Assembly (NCBI RefSeq): GCF_006345805.1
Contig: NW_021836151.1
Location: forward strand, 124,001-188,000
DNA: 64,000 bases
Origin: Octopus sinensis
Taxonomy: Eukaryota
Direction of reading: 5' to 3'
Made by a program: the position numbers and the translations under genes. Position 1 is the stretch's first letter. Each line of letters opens with the position of its first letter. Shown here in pieces: positions 38,069 to 49,266 of the stretch. A model generated the notes under the pieces. It made no database searches. It was not told the DNA's origin and was given only the letters and a program-made list of their open reading frames with translations.

Positions 38069-39084
38069 CCTTAAGCTGTCTCGTCAAATTGTAGTTTTCC
38101 AACGTTTAGTTTGTTCGGATGGTCTTGGAGAAGTGTCGTCAACTATGACTACAATTGTGGATACGCATGGAAAGAGACACTTCGGTGCCTTGTTTTTATC
38201 TCCCCGTTGATGATTTCTTCCTTGTTTTTCTTTTTTGGCAAACCGGCGTTTGCTTCGAGCATGCATATCCTCCGGGAATATCCCGATTAACGCTTCCTTA
38301 ATTTGATTGTATTCGTTAATATTTCTGACGTAACCCTTAAACCCAAACATCACAAAGTGTGAGAAACCACGCTGTTAAAATTAATATACTTTTGGGTAAG
38401 CCATTTTTAAAAGATAATTCAAATGCAATTTTTAATTAGAATAATTGATTAATCTACACTCTTCCATATATAAATTGCTATATTCAATATTTAATACGTT
38501 TTCTACGGTTTCCATAGAAACACGTATAAGGACAGGCTGCCCATAGCGACATAGTCGCCCATGTCACATAATATAATTTATTTATTTATTAAAGACCAAA
38601 GACGGGTAAGCCAGTTAACTATAATAATCCCTGTGATCGCCGATCTGAACGAGGGAGATCCTACTGAAAGGTTCGATCCTGCCCGCATGATCGCCCTGAG
38701 ACGACGATGTCCCAGGGTCTTAGATCTAGAAGTCCTTTTTCGGTAGGCATTACATGATGGTTATTTATTTAACATTTATTTATATGTAGTTGTGGGTGGG
38801 CACATCGCTTCTTATAAAATTGCTGAAATTATTGCGAAAACTTCCAGTTCTCATACTATCGCAGAAAATGTAATAATTCCATCACTGGAAGTAATAATAT
38901 CGGATGTAATGCATCAAGATGCTTCTAAAATTATTAAAAGTCTACCTCTTAGCAATGATTCGATTCGTCGAAGAATTGATGAAATGGGTGACAATGTAAA
39001 GGAAATCCTTATTGAAAGACTGAAGCAAAGTAAGTTTTCATTACAAATTGATGAAAGCGTCATTGTAGATAGTAAAGCTGTTTT

Positions 39085-39380
39085 AATTATTATTATTATT
39101 TAAGCCAAACAAAATCACCTTCTTAACCATTAACTAACACGTTCAGGTGATTCCGACATTTCTCAACAGTCGAGCCATCTTTTCACGATGTTCCGACCTT
39201 GACCCCACACACTTTCTGTATGTACGGTGAATTGTTTGTGGTCCATTTCCACGATCCCCCCCATTTGCCTCTACGAGAGACTCCAGTGTTCTATGGACAA
39301 TTTCCCTATCGGTATGGTTCTTCAGTAGGTTGATAGATCTTTCTTGAATTTTTTTGATTTTTAGCCGGTTCGTTGCCGCT
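39085..39380 (-). mobile_element. LINE 3' end with (TAA)n tail inserted in the hAT transposase
   Basis: Encodes RKCVGSRSEHREKMARLLRNVGIT*, homologous to RNCVGTREEPRAKMRTLLREAGIT* at 56914-56988. Confidence 0.75.
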
Positions 39381-39640
39381 TAATAAAATGGGATTTGTGA
39401 GGTTATTTTCGAAGTTTTAATAAAATTTAGGTATTTCGATAATGAATGTGTATTAAATGAGGATTTATTGTTTGTCGAATTATTGGAAACCTGTACAACT
39501 GGAATGTCAATATATTCCGTAGTAAAAGGGTTTTTTGAAACAAATGGAATATTATTTGAAAATTTGGTTTCCTGTGCGACTGATGGTGCTATGTCAATGG
39601 TTGGAAGATATAAGGGATTTGTTTCTCTTATTAAAAAGAT

Positions 39641-39829
39641 TATCCATGGGTCATTACGGTTCATTGTATTTTACATCGCCATCAACTGGTATCGAAGACT
39701 ATATGTCCTGATTTACATCAATCTTTATCCATGGGTCATTACGGTTCATTGTATTTTACATCGCCATCAACTGGTATCGAAGACTATATGTCCTGATTTA
39801 CATCAGACTATATGTCCTGATTTACATCA
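39641..39829. repeat. Local tandem duplications (~80-bp unit x2, 24-bp unit x3) in the hAT transposase
   Basis: tatccatgggtcattacgg...gatttacatca repeated; gactatatgtcctgatttacatca occurs three times. Confidence 0.85.
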
Positions 39830-41439
39830 ATATTTTAATTAAAACAATTAACAGAATAAAAACACGAAGCAAATGTGATCGTCTTTTTAGAAAGTTTTGT
39901 AAGGATGCTGGTGAAGATTTTATTCGACTTTTATTACACACGGAAGTAAGATGGCTTTCAAAAGGAATTGCTTTAGAAAGATTTGTTAATTTTTATGATG
40001 CAATAGTCGCATTTTTGCAGACTGAAGAAGACTTGGTTTTGGCAGAAGAGATAATTTCACGAAAAAATGATATATTCTATTTGAATTGCATTTTTACAAA
40101 ATTTATATGAAATTACTATTCTTCAAGGAAATTTTGTCAACATGATTGATTGCAAAAGAATAATGAAAACATTTGCAAGAAAATTATTGCTTTATCGACA
40201 TAATTTTTTTATAAATCAGTTTGGAAACATTTCACAACTATCTGAGATAAGTAAATATTTTAGTCAAAGCAATATTATGACATATTGTCAACATTTGACG
40301 GAACTAGAAGCGGATATATCTCTTAGATTCAAAGATTCGTTTGATTTTGAATTTGAAGCATGGATGATTGATCCGTTTTCATGTGTGCCAGAAGATATGA
40401 ACGAAACAATCCAAGAAGAGATAATTGAATTGAAATATAATGAAGAATATATTCACAGATTTCAACAGGATGGTATCTCTAAATTTTGGCAATCAAAAGA
40501 TCTACAAATGAAATTTCCAAATTTATGGAAGGAAATGAGTAATGTACTATTGACATTCCCTACCACTTATTTAGTTGAAAGTGGATTTAGTTTTGTCAAT
40601 CATAATACACAATGTGAAAGAAATAGACTGGAAGTGTGTTATAGAGGCGATATACGCCTAAAGTTGAGCAGAATTAAACCCGACATAGAATATTTAGCGA
40701 GTAAACATCAATATCAAGGGTCTCACTAATAATTTTTAATAAAAATTCAATTTTTTACATTTGATTTATTATTTTATATTTTGATTTTTGAGTTATGTAC
40801 AAAAAACAACCAATTAAGGGACAATGCCCAAAAATTTTTAAATTGTATGTGGAGAAGGGGGCGATAAAATATCTAAGGGGGTGATGAACAAAAAAGGTTG
40901 AGAATGCCTGACTTAATCCTTGGACAGGTTGTCGAGAAATGAAACAATTAGGTATGAGAAACATCTCCAGGAGATGGAGAGCCTTGAAATTCTCCGCCAA
41001 ATCACTCCCATCAAGGAGGAGGTGAATATATTGACTATTTTTGAAAGATCGAAACTTTTAGGAAGTACATCAGTGGTAAGGAGTCGGCAGCCGACCTTCT
41101 TAAAGAAGACCAGTTTTTTATTAAAGTCAGCCATTGACAGCGTAATGAACTCCAAAAAACTGACCCAAGTCATTGAAGTAAGGCCAAGTTTTTGACATAG
41201 GTAATCCTGGCCATTGGGAATTACATGAACTACAGACGGAGGGCCCCTGCCGTCGGATTCAGAATAAGTTCTGTCGAGAAAGTAAAACTGTTAGTTAAAA
41301 GCAGATCTGCAACATCCCCAGCAACAACGGAAAGGACAAGTTAATAAATTACATAACAGCCACAATCCACACTTCCTTCCCAGAAATCAAGGATTTTTAC
41401 AAGGACTTTGCCACCCTCTGGTCGGTGGTGAATGACTGT

Positions 41440-42075
41440 GATTTGTTGGATTTGTGGCATCTCAGGACTGCAGCAATTTTTGTGATTCTCTCGGAGTACT
41501 CTTCGGAAAATAAGGTCCATTTCATCTCTCGGTTCGAATTCGATCAGAACAACCTAGTAGATCGCGTACTCGCAATGGGATGGCGTACTCGTTCAATTTC
41601 GCTCGGCTCTCAACCACACCAAGATACTTATACCGTTGGGGTTCCTCCGAGACTTTGACTAGGTCACCGCACACAGGGTTGTTAGTCGCCGACTTGTTGT
41701 AGTTGAGTTCCAGCCCCACGGCCTTCATGAAACCTTCCAAGACTTTGCCCATTGAGTGGAGGATCTCTCAAGACCGAGCGAACAATTTAATGTCGTCTAT
41801 GAACATGAGGTGGTTGGTGCTAAAACATCCTCCTTCATGTTCGATCGACATTTGTTTGAATCGACCAGTGAGAAATCTACTCAGCGGTTCTAGGCAGAGA
41901 ACAAACAGCAGCGGAGACATGCTGTCGCCCTGTAATATGCCCCTCTCTAATTTAACCTCGCCTATAGCGCATTTGTTGTAGTGTAGATGCACATTCCACC
42001 TGTCTATCACAGTTGCAACAAATTTGATAAAACACAAAGGAGTCTTTGCAGGCACTCAACAGAGTAGGCATTACC
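41440..42075 (-). mobile_element. R4/Dong-like non-LTR RT fragment
   Basis: RGILQGDSMSPLLFVLCLEPLS, NHLMFIDDIKLFA, YKYLGV. Confidence 0.75.
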
Positions 42076-42099
42076 ACAGAGAGCAGGTGTAAATTTATT

Positions 42100-42438
42100 T
42101 ATATTTAATGATTACGAATTTACCTTCAAAACAAACCGGAATTGACGCCGTTTTAATAAAAAAGACGTAAATTCGCAAAAATTGCCGTAATTTACGTCTC
42201 CACGAACAATATAAATACGTGTTTGCGTTCTGCGGAGAATAAATACTACTTGGAAATGAATAATGAAATATTTTTCTTCCCAGATGAGTTTAAAAATCCT
42301 ATTTTCCTTGGAAAATTTTCGAAAACGTTTAGAATTCGACATCAAAACAACAAATAAAAAAACGTGACAAAAAATAAAATATTTATAGAAACATAAACCC
42401 CTCAATTAAATCCTAGGGGCCGCACTTGAGAATCACTG
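42100..42438 (-). mobile_element. 5' end of a hAT element (GTF2IRD2-like N-terminus)
   Basis: Terminus CAGTGATTCTCAA on the minus strand; ENRIFKLIWEEKYF motif; no second end found. Confidence 0.6.
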
Positions 42439-43184
42439 ATTTAGACTAAAGAAATCAACTTGTATTTGCTAACATGTTGACTTTGATAGTTTTTCTTTAT
42501 CTTTTGCGAATTACGTCCCCAACGTGTCCTTGCTTCATAGACTCCATCACCAATTTTGATTTATTTTTGTTTAAACTGAAGCCAAGCATTTTTATGAATT
42601 TTTTTATTATTCAGTCTTAAAGAATTTAGCCTCTTCCATAAACTCACGATCTTTTATTTTTTCGGGTATCAACTTTTATAACTGACAAAAAGTTCTATCA
42701 AAGGAAATATCTGATTTTCTTTGATGTAATAATTCTCGACTCCTTTGTTGTAAATAGTACAAATTTTACAATGTTTGACAGCCATGAAGATTGCTAATTC
42801 GGAAAATTGCTGGTTGATATTCTTATGACTGGTGGACATAAAACAGACAAACTTTTTCTATTTTAGGAAATGAAGATTTCGATTCCAAATTAAAAATTGA
42901 CTCATCGGCCACACTACAAAAGAAAAAAGTTAAAGGACTTCATTTGGATTAGTTAGTTCTTTGGTAACATGTTCTCTGTTTGTCTTGAGCGAGATGTTAA
43001 AATATCGTTTACAACTTGCGGCAGGCAATACATACACCTTTTATGAAGATATTTGGTCAAAAGATATCCCTTGGCAATCTATTGAGGAATATACACCTAC
43101 TTACTCGAATGCATATGAGCCCCCTCTGAATTATGACCTCATGCAATCTTATTTTGGGGAATATGAAACCCCACTGACTGAAGA

Positions 43185-43634
43185 TCAAACCTTCTTTTGT
43201 CTGCAGAGGTACCAGAAGATTCGGTTATCGCATCAAAACAGGTGGTTTGTGTGGAGTATGCAGGACGTGGGGGTCAGCCGAGGATGACATTTTGCTGGAA
43301 GTAGTGGACAGTCTGTGTTTGGGTGACCGAGTGTCCTTCAAGAAAGGTTAGAATGTTATTCTACGTGACTGAGTCTGTACATGTCCAATTGAAGCAGAGT
43401 GGAGTGCCAGAAACGGTACAACGAGAAACATGTCCAGAAACGTGGGGAGTGGAGGAGGACGAGGTTGTCTGTCCTGGTCACTCCCAGAGATTGTTGGCAG
43501 CCATGAGGACGAATGGACTGACCAGATATCGCTGGGGGGACGTTGCCATTCGTGTGGGGATGAAGACTCCTGGACAGTGTCGACAGAGGTGGATATCAAC
43601 CTTGTGGAAGGCCGGGGGAGTGGACAACGAGATT
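43185..43634 (+). pseudogene. SNAPC4 (SNAP190)-like Myb-repeat fragment with micro-introns, joined to the DIAPH duplicate
   Basis: Spliced reading FFCLQRYQKIRLSHQNRTWGSAEDDILLEVVDSLCLGDRVSFKK...TWGVEEDE|RLLAAMRT..WGDVAIRVGMKTPGQCRQRW resembles the SNAPC4 Myb repeats as recalled (FQCLQKFQ..WTEEED..IPYRRI..QCRDR). The Myb call is firm; the SNAPC4 call is moderate. Confidence 0.65.
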
Positions 43635-43999
43635 GTCGATTGCCAAATTCAGCAAGCAGTTCAAGGTTTTCATTTTGTGGCATTTTTAAAGACACGGTGG
43701 ACGAGATCAATAATCGTAAGGAGAATGAGAATCGTAGGAAGAACTCGCTTAACAAGCGGAAGGCGACTTTGAGTAAGTATGGGGCGAATGAGGGGATCAT
43801 GGAGAGTTTGTTGGAGGCACTCAAGTCGGGGAGTGCGTTTAAACACGCTCACAGAAAACAAGGAAGTGGTTTTGGGTTGGGGTTATTTGTAGAGAAGCCG
43901 TTGGAAGTTAAGAAAATTTGATTTATTTAATGAACTGCTAAATTAGAATATTATGATTTTTAATGTTGTTCTTATTTGATTCTTTTTATTAGTTTCCTA

Positions 44000-44345
44000 A
44001 TGTCCGCATCCGCCCCTGGATCTATTGTCAGAACCGCGAAATGCAAAAAGATGCGGAAGTACTCCTCACTTATGGAAAAGTTCCAATTCCTCCCATTCGC
44101 GGTTGAGACTTCCGGTTCCCTGGGCAGTAAGGCAATCAGCTTCGTTCAGGAGATCGGGTCCCGCATGTCTGCTATCACAGGCGACGCCCGCGAATCAAGA
44201 TGGTTTTTCGAGCGGATATCCCTTGCGATAGTACGTTCTAAATCTTTCTCGATCGCGTCGGCTTCCCGTCCATGAAGCTTTCAACACTTGACCGAATTCT
44301 TTTTTCGTAATAAACTAATCACTCTAAAAAAATAAATAAATAAAT
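44000..44345 (+). mobile_element. CRE 3' end insertion
   Basis: KMRKYSSLMEKFQFLPFAVETSG..WFFERISLAIVR followed by an A-rich tail; absent at this site in copy 1. Confidence 0.85.
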
Positions 44346-44547
44346 TAGCATCGACCTTAACTTGTTTCAGAATAACTGAGAATTATAAGCATCGCTTTTC
44401 AAATTTAATTTACGGATATTTATTAAATAATCAAAAACATGTCAATTTGTATACAAATGTATTTTTTGCACAAATATTTGAATTTCATAAAATAAAAACA
44501 TCAAGATTAAAAAAGATGGTTATTTTTGCCATATGAAAATTAAAATA

Positions 44548-44842
44548 TTATTATTAAAAGCACTCCCGAGAAGTCATAAAACTAATTAAGCTTTCCTTGT
44601 GCTGCGTGAACAACAATACTGTCACACAAACTTCTCCAGATGCCTCTCCTCTTTGCCAATTCTCTCAGGTTGTCGAGATCATCAGCAGTTTCGAGTTTCC
44701 TCCCAATAATTTTGAGATCCTGATTTAGCACCGATGGAAGTGTTGTCCTTGGTCTTCCTCGGAATGCGTCTCCGCATTGCATGAAATATGTTTCCATAGC
44801 AATGTTAGCAAGAGTGGCGACGTCCATTCGCAGAATGTGACC
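44548..44842 (-). mobile_element. RTE 3' end insertion
   Basis: GHILRMD..RGRPRTTLP homologous to 19560-19830; (TAA)n tail; 12-bp TSD AAAATTAAAATA. Confidence 0.88.
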
Positions 44843-45169
44843 AAAATTAAAATAACCAATTTTAATTCAGTTTATTAATCTGAATTTTGGAATTTCAATA
44901 CTTTTAATTGTCTTGTGACATATTGTTTAAGAATTTAATTGTTAAATAATTTAGTCGATCAAAATGAATTCATGAATCAAAAATTGGCGGAATAAGATGA
45001 GATGCGACTACTTTAATAGGAATTTTGATTCTTTTACCATTGATGGTGAGAATAAAGAACTTAAACGAACAAATTCTCTTGTGAATTCGGAAAAAACATT
45101 CAAAATACTTTAAAAATTAAAATCCTTTTTTTATCAAAATGAATTTACTCGAACATATAAATTTACTAA

Positions 45170-45467
45170 ATGAATGAATGAATTTTTTTATTATAACGGA
45201 AAAGCCGAAAAAAAGAGAAAAAGTTAATAAGACAACGTATGCCTCTTCTCCGTTGTTTCCCTCTTTTTTTATATTTAATTCAAGATTGGAGGAGAAAAGG
45301 CTCTCTCAAGAACACTTCCAATCGTTTACGTCGTGTCTTCCATCTCTTGAGGAATGGGTTGGTCCAGCTGGAGTCCATTTGCCAATTTGATGGCATATCG
45401 TCTCGTCTTTTTGAGCCTAGTGATAATGCCATCCATTTCAGCGAACCCGTAGGTAAGCAATGGTTCG
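45170..45467 (-). mobile_element. LINE 3' end with (TTCA)n tail; related copy at ~63236-63530
   Basis: LKKTRRYAIKLANGLQLDQ versus LEKTRRNSIKLANTLQLDQ; approximate TSD aaatttactaaa/aaatttcttaaa; absent from copy 1. Confidence 0.75.
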
Positions 45468-45846
45468 AAATTTCTTAAAAAGAACTACAATTTAATAATT
45501 TTTTCATTTTAAAAATTTTATTGCTCGCCAAATTCTATTGCTCGGTTTTACCTATGGTACTTAAATAATTGTGTTTGATCTCAAACATTTCGGATTCTTT
45601 CTTTACATAACCTAATATAGAGATACTAATCCATTCTTACAGAAATTTTTAAAGAATTAATGCATCTTCTAAAACAGGAAAGATCAGATTTCCTAGTAAA
45701 TCAAATTCTTTCCATACAACAACAGACTAAAAATATGCTTAATTCATAGTTACACGACCTTTCATAAACAAGCTGACTTTAATGTTCTAGTAAACGAACT
45801 TGGATCAATTAAAATAAAAACATTTTCCTCAAAAAATAATAAAAAA

Positions 45847-47400
45847 TCAAAGAACAAAGTCAGACTCCGCATAATAATGAGTCACAAAATTCCCGATTTT
45901 ATTGCCACTTTCGTCAAAACAGAGCAAGGAATAGCACGACTGACACAAATAGCATGGGTCATGAGGACACAGGTTGTTCTGAGTAGTGATCCATCTCGCC
46001 ACAAACATCTTACAACACTGACATGCCATCTTCAGCCGCTTTGACTTGCCTATTCTCAGAGGGTACTTCCCAAAATCCAACTCATCATTGCACGTAAGTA
46101 GCCTAACAAATCACCCAAAAAGGCAACCTCACATCCGAGAACACAACAACATGCTGACAGTTCCCCTGATGCATATAAACGTAGGGATATCCCAACTGCA
46201 CAGTCAAATCACTAAATTGAGTCCCCTCCATCTTATATACTCCCGATTTAGACAGTTTTTCCCGCCATTTACAATTTCCTGTAAAATTTCGCGCCCATTC
46301 CTTTATTGGCCTGTAAGTCAGAATACAAGCCAATTACGAGCTATATTTCAAAGAGAAGGGACTCCTACAGTCATCGTAGAAGGAATCCCCAATATAGAAA
46401 AGACCAGACGTATACAAATCCTACAAATACTCATAAATTCACAAACCGATGCTCTGTTGTGGTTAACCTCTAATTCTACGCGGGAACTCAAATCTCCAGC
46501 AATTTCCAAGTCCCGGGGACACCGAATTGCATCCCGAAGGTTGCTGAGGTATTGGTGGCCCAACACGACGTACTCTTGCTCGGGGATTGGGGAATTCTGC
46601 ACTCACAAGAGGGGACCAACCGAGGGGTTGTTGGGACGGAAGACCTGGACGGTCAAAGCCAGGGTGTTGGAGAATGGAGACATGGTTTTGTCTTTGCTTG
46701 TCTACTGGTAAAATGGCGGGAAATACTATTCCTGGATATAAATGGCGGGAAGAATAGCTTTGATATTTTCTTCGTTTTTGAATGTAGTTGTTGTCGAGAA
46801 GACGTTTTTTGGAGTCCTCCATTTTAAGTCTAATTATATTTATTTTAATAAATATTTCATTTTTAAATATAAATAAATACTTTAAATTTTCTAAGTTTGT
46901 ATGGAGGTTGATGTGAGGTTCTGTTCGTCCTTTTGGTTGGTCCAAATCAAGCAATTTTGGACTATAAATGCCTAACTTCTGCTTACTCACAACTCTCCTC
47001 CAGATGGGGAATTTGACCTGCCGTTTCGGGTGGCATGAGGTCCTCCAATCTACATTGATCGTGCTCTGCTAGGAAGGACTCGGCACATTCCAGAAGGGTT
47101 TTATAAATTTTGTAAACGTTGACAAAATCCTGAAAATGTACAACACATCACCAATAACCATTAATTATACTATTTGTTTTAAATAACAAAAACTATTATA
47201 CAAAATTTAATTTAATAATAATAAATTACTAAGAAAACGCTTATAAAGTCAATGTCACTGACTATATCAATTTTTATTAATAAAAAGAAACTAATTAATT
47301 GCCTAACCAAGTCCTCAGCTTTCGAAGTAAACAAAGGGTAGTTCTCCACACTAAATTTTAGAAAAGGACTGGCTCTATAGACCTTCGACAGTTTTTTCAT
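45847..47400 (-). CDS. SNAPC3: snRNA-activating protein complex subunit 3 (SNAP50); 5' exons uncertain
   Basis: VLGHQYLSNLRDAIRCPRD, LGYPYVYMHQGNCQHVVVFSD, CQCCKMFVARW..HDPCYLCQSCYSLLCFDESGNKIGNF (zf-SNAP50_C pattern). Confidence 0.9.
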
Positions 47401-47579
47401 GACTATATTTCAGGATTGGCGAGCATCAACCGAGATACTCTCCGAAATCTTGTTAAGAACAATATAAGTCTGTAGATATACATCCTACTGTCTTGAGCAC
47501 CTCATGTTTTATTTGGTGACTAACTAAATAAAAAAATTGCTTTTAGCAGCTTAAAAAGCTAAGAGACAATATGGGGTCC

Positions 47580-48130
47580 TAATATGAAGATATTCACGAA
47601 TTTGTTATATTCCGACGATTTTTGTGCAACGATAGATGCAAAAATACATTGTTTGATATGTAGTCGCTATACCGAAAGAATACAACCTAAAACGGAATTA
47701 CAATTCCAATCATAGATCATACGATTATTTCGAAGGTACTAAGTTGTTTATTTAACAAAAAGGTTCAATGCCTGTTTTAAAGCTTAATGAATTACGAAAT
47801 AATCTGACTTCGTCAATACTCATTTCACAAAAAATCACAATCGAAGTACTGCATAAGCTACTGCAAATTGTGAAATCAGCAGAATGCTTGCAATGAATGG
47901 GAAATCATATTGTGATGGCGATTTCATTAAAAATGTCTTGTGAAAACAGTCCTGATTAGGCGCATTTTTTTAAAGAAATTTCTTTGATCAGAAATACAGT
48001 TGCAGAACATATAAAGAAATGTCGGCATTTGAAAGAGCGATTAAAATCTGAATGGAAATGAAAGGTCAAAACACAAATGAGATGAAAAGTGAATCTTGGA
48101 TCCAAGATTTGGCCTTTATCGAAGTCACAC
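47580..48130 (+). mobile_element. Highly degenerate GTF2IRD2-like hAT transposase remnant
   Basis: Traces such as HCLIC, GKSYCDGDFIK, SWIQDLAF. Confidence 0.45.
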
Positions 48131-48677
48131 AGATTTGAATCCCCATAGAAAGAAAAGGGAAAAGTAAAAAATATAATGTCTAATAACAGATTAATGGTTA
48201 GTTGTATTTCCTAGCATTAAGATCGAATTAAAAAATAAAACCAAGATATAAAACTCAAAATGTATCAGGGCTTTGTTTATTTGAAAAGATTGGTCATTGT
48301 CATAGAATACTTCACACAATATGCATAAAACGTTCAGTTCCCCTATGCCAAATATGTCTAACTAACCTATTTTAATTTAAATGAAGCCACTGTCTAGTTT
48401 AACAAAAAATGTAATCGAAAAAGAACTGGAATAAATACCACAAATTCACACTTTATTGTCACAGAGTGAGGTACAATAAATCTTAGAGTAAAACAAAAAC
48501 ATTTCCGACAGTTTTATTGTCATAAATTGATAAACTCATAGTTATTTCATTGATTTTAGTTCTTTAAATAAATTCATTAATAAGCTGTAACGTTTAAAGA
48601 TATACTTCGTTACATTTTTGGCAAAATTAATTACTTTTAAAGCATAGAAAAAAGTTTAAAACTCAATTTTAACAAAA

Positions 48678-49167
48678 TTACTGAGTCCATTTGTGTTTGC
48701 AGTTAATATTGGTACAAACATAATATAATTTCATGGCAGCCTGAGCATAAAACGACACCAAAATACTTCAGGATGTACAGATCGGGACTGGAAAAACACC
48801 GCCTCTCTGTGATTACATCGCGGACAATGATGCTCACGGGTCCGCGGGAGTGTGGGGTCTGTAATTACATCACTCACAATGCGGCTCAGTTCACTTTAAA
48901 TACACAAATTGATATTTTACTCGACGTCATGTCTTATTTTATTCACAAAGAGACATGGACTGTCAGAAAGAACGGAATATCCGCAGTTTCTGCACTGCGT
49001 TGTTAGTTAGGCTAAATACAGTGTAGTATAGACGTTTTTCATCCTTGTTTTCCTTGGCATATAACATGTTATTACTAATATAATTATTTACAAGTATTAT
49101 ACCATTCTTTACAAAATTTTATGCCGACATATTCAAGATCGCTACTCGTCACAAATGCAGAAGCCAT
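48678..49167 (-). CDS. POLR2I: RNA polymerase II subunit RPB9, 5 exons
   Basis: Removing four 25-28 nt introns gives [44 protein letters not shown]...[51 protein letters not shown]. Not in the ORF track. Confidence 0.95.
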
Positions 49168-49266
49168 GACTCACAACAGCGCTTATATTTTATTATAAAT
49201 AATTTAATAAACATAAAATTAAAAAAGGTAAAGAGTTCCATTATTTAGTCAAATAAAATCAAAATT

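Larger units (their letters stand above)
34168..38568 (-). mobile_element. Ginger-like DNA transposon C, internally deleted
   Basis: Termini TGTGACATGGG / CCCATGTCACA with longer subterminal inverted match; 5-bp TSD TAATA; N-terminus FKGYVRNINEYNQIKEAL homologous to elements A and B. Confidence 0.85.
34073..40910 (+). mobile_element. hAT (Buster/Charlie) transposon hosting Ginger-like element C
   Basis: Termini CAGGTGTTCTCAACC / GGTTGAGAATGCCTG; 8-bp TSD ACTTAATC (34065-34072, 40911-40918). Transposase pieces 38792-40729 (ASYKIAEIIAK, ATDGAMSM, HTEVRWLS, FPTTYLVESGFS, QYQGSH*). Confidence 0.92.
30400..41425 (+). pseudogene. FMNL-like formin fragment (FH1-FH2), split by a Helitron and a hAT nest; pieces at ~30400-30652, 33455-34072 and 40919-41425
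   Basis: PPPPPP FH1; KPLPNIHWNAIN; SAIDSVMNSKKLTQVIE|VILAIGNYMNYRRRAPAVGFRISSVEK; 23-nt introns retained; frameshifts and deletions present. The 5' piece is less certain. Confidence 0.7.
43635..45955 (+). repeat. Segmental direct repeat, copy 2 (DIAPH 3' fragment plus the real SNAPC3 3' end)
   Basis: Colinear with 27657-30388; carries three private LINE-tail insertions and two small deletions. Confidence 0.92.

Noticed and set aside
46046-46711. 221-aa plus-strand ORF
   Set aside because: Antisense shadow of SNAPC3 with no recognisable motif.
48773-49006. 77-aa plus-strand ORF with CxxC
   Set aside because: Antisense to POLR2I exons.
49010-49032. GCTAA..GTGTAGTAT resembling the U2 snRNA branch-site region
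   Set aside because: It is the antisense of a POLR2I exon/intron boundary, and the rest of U2 is absent.
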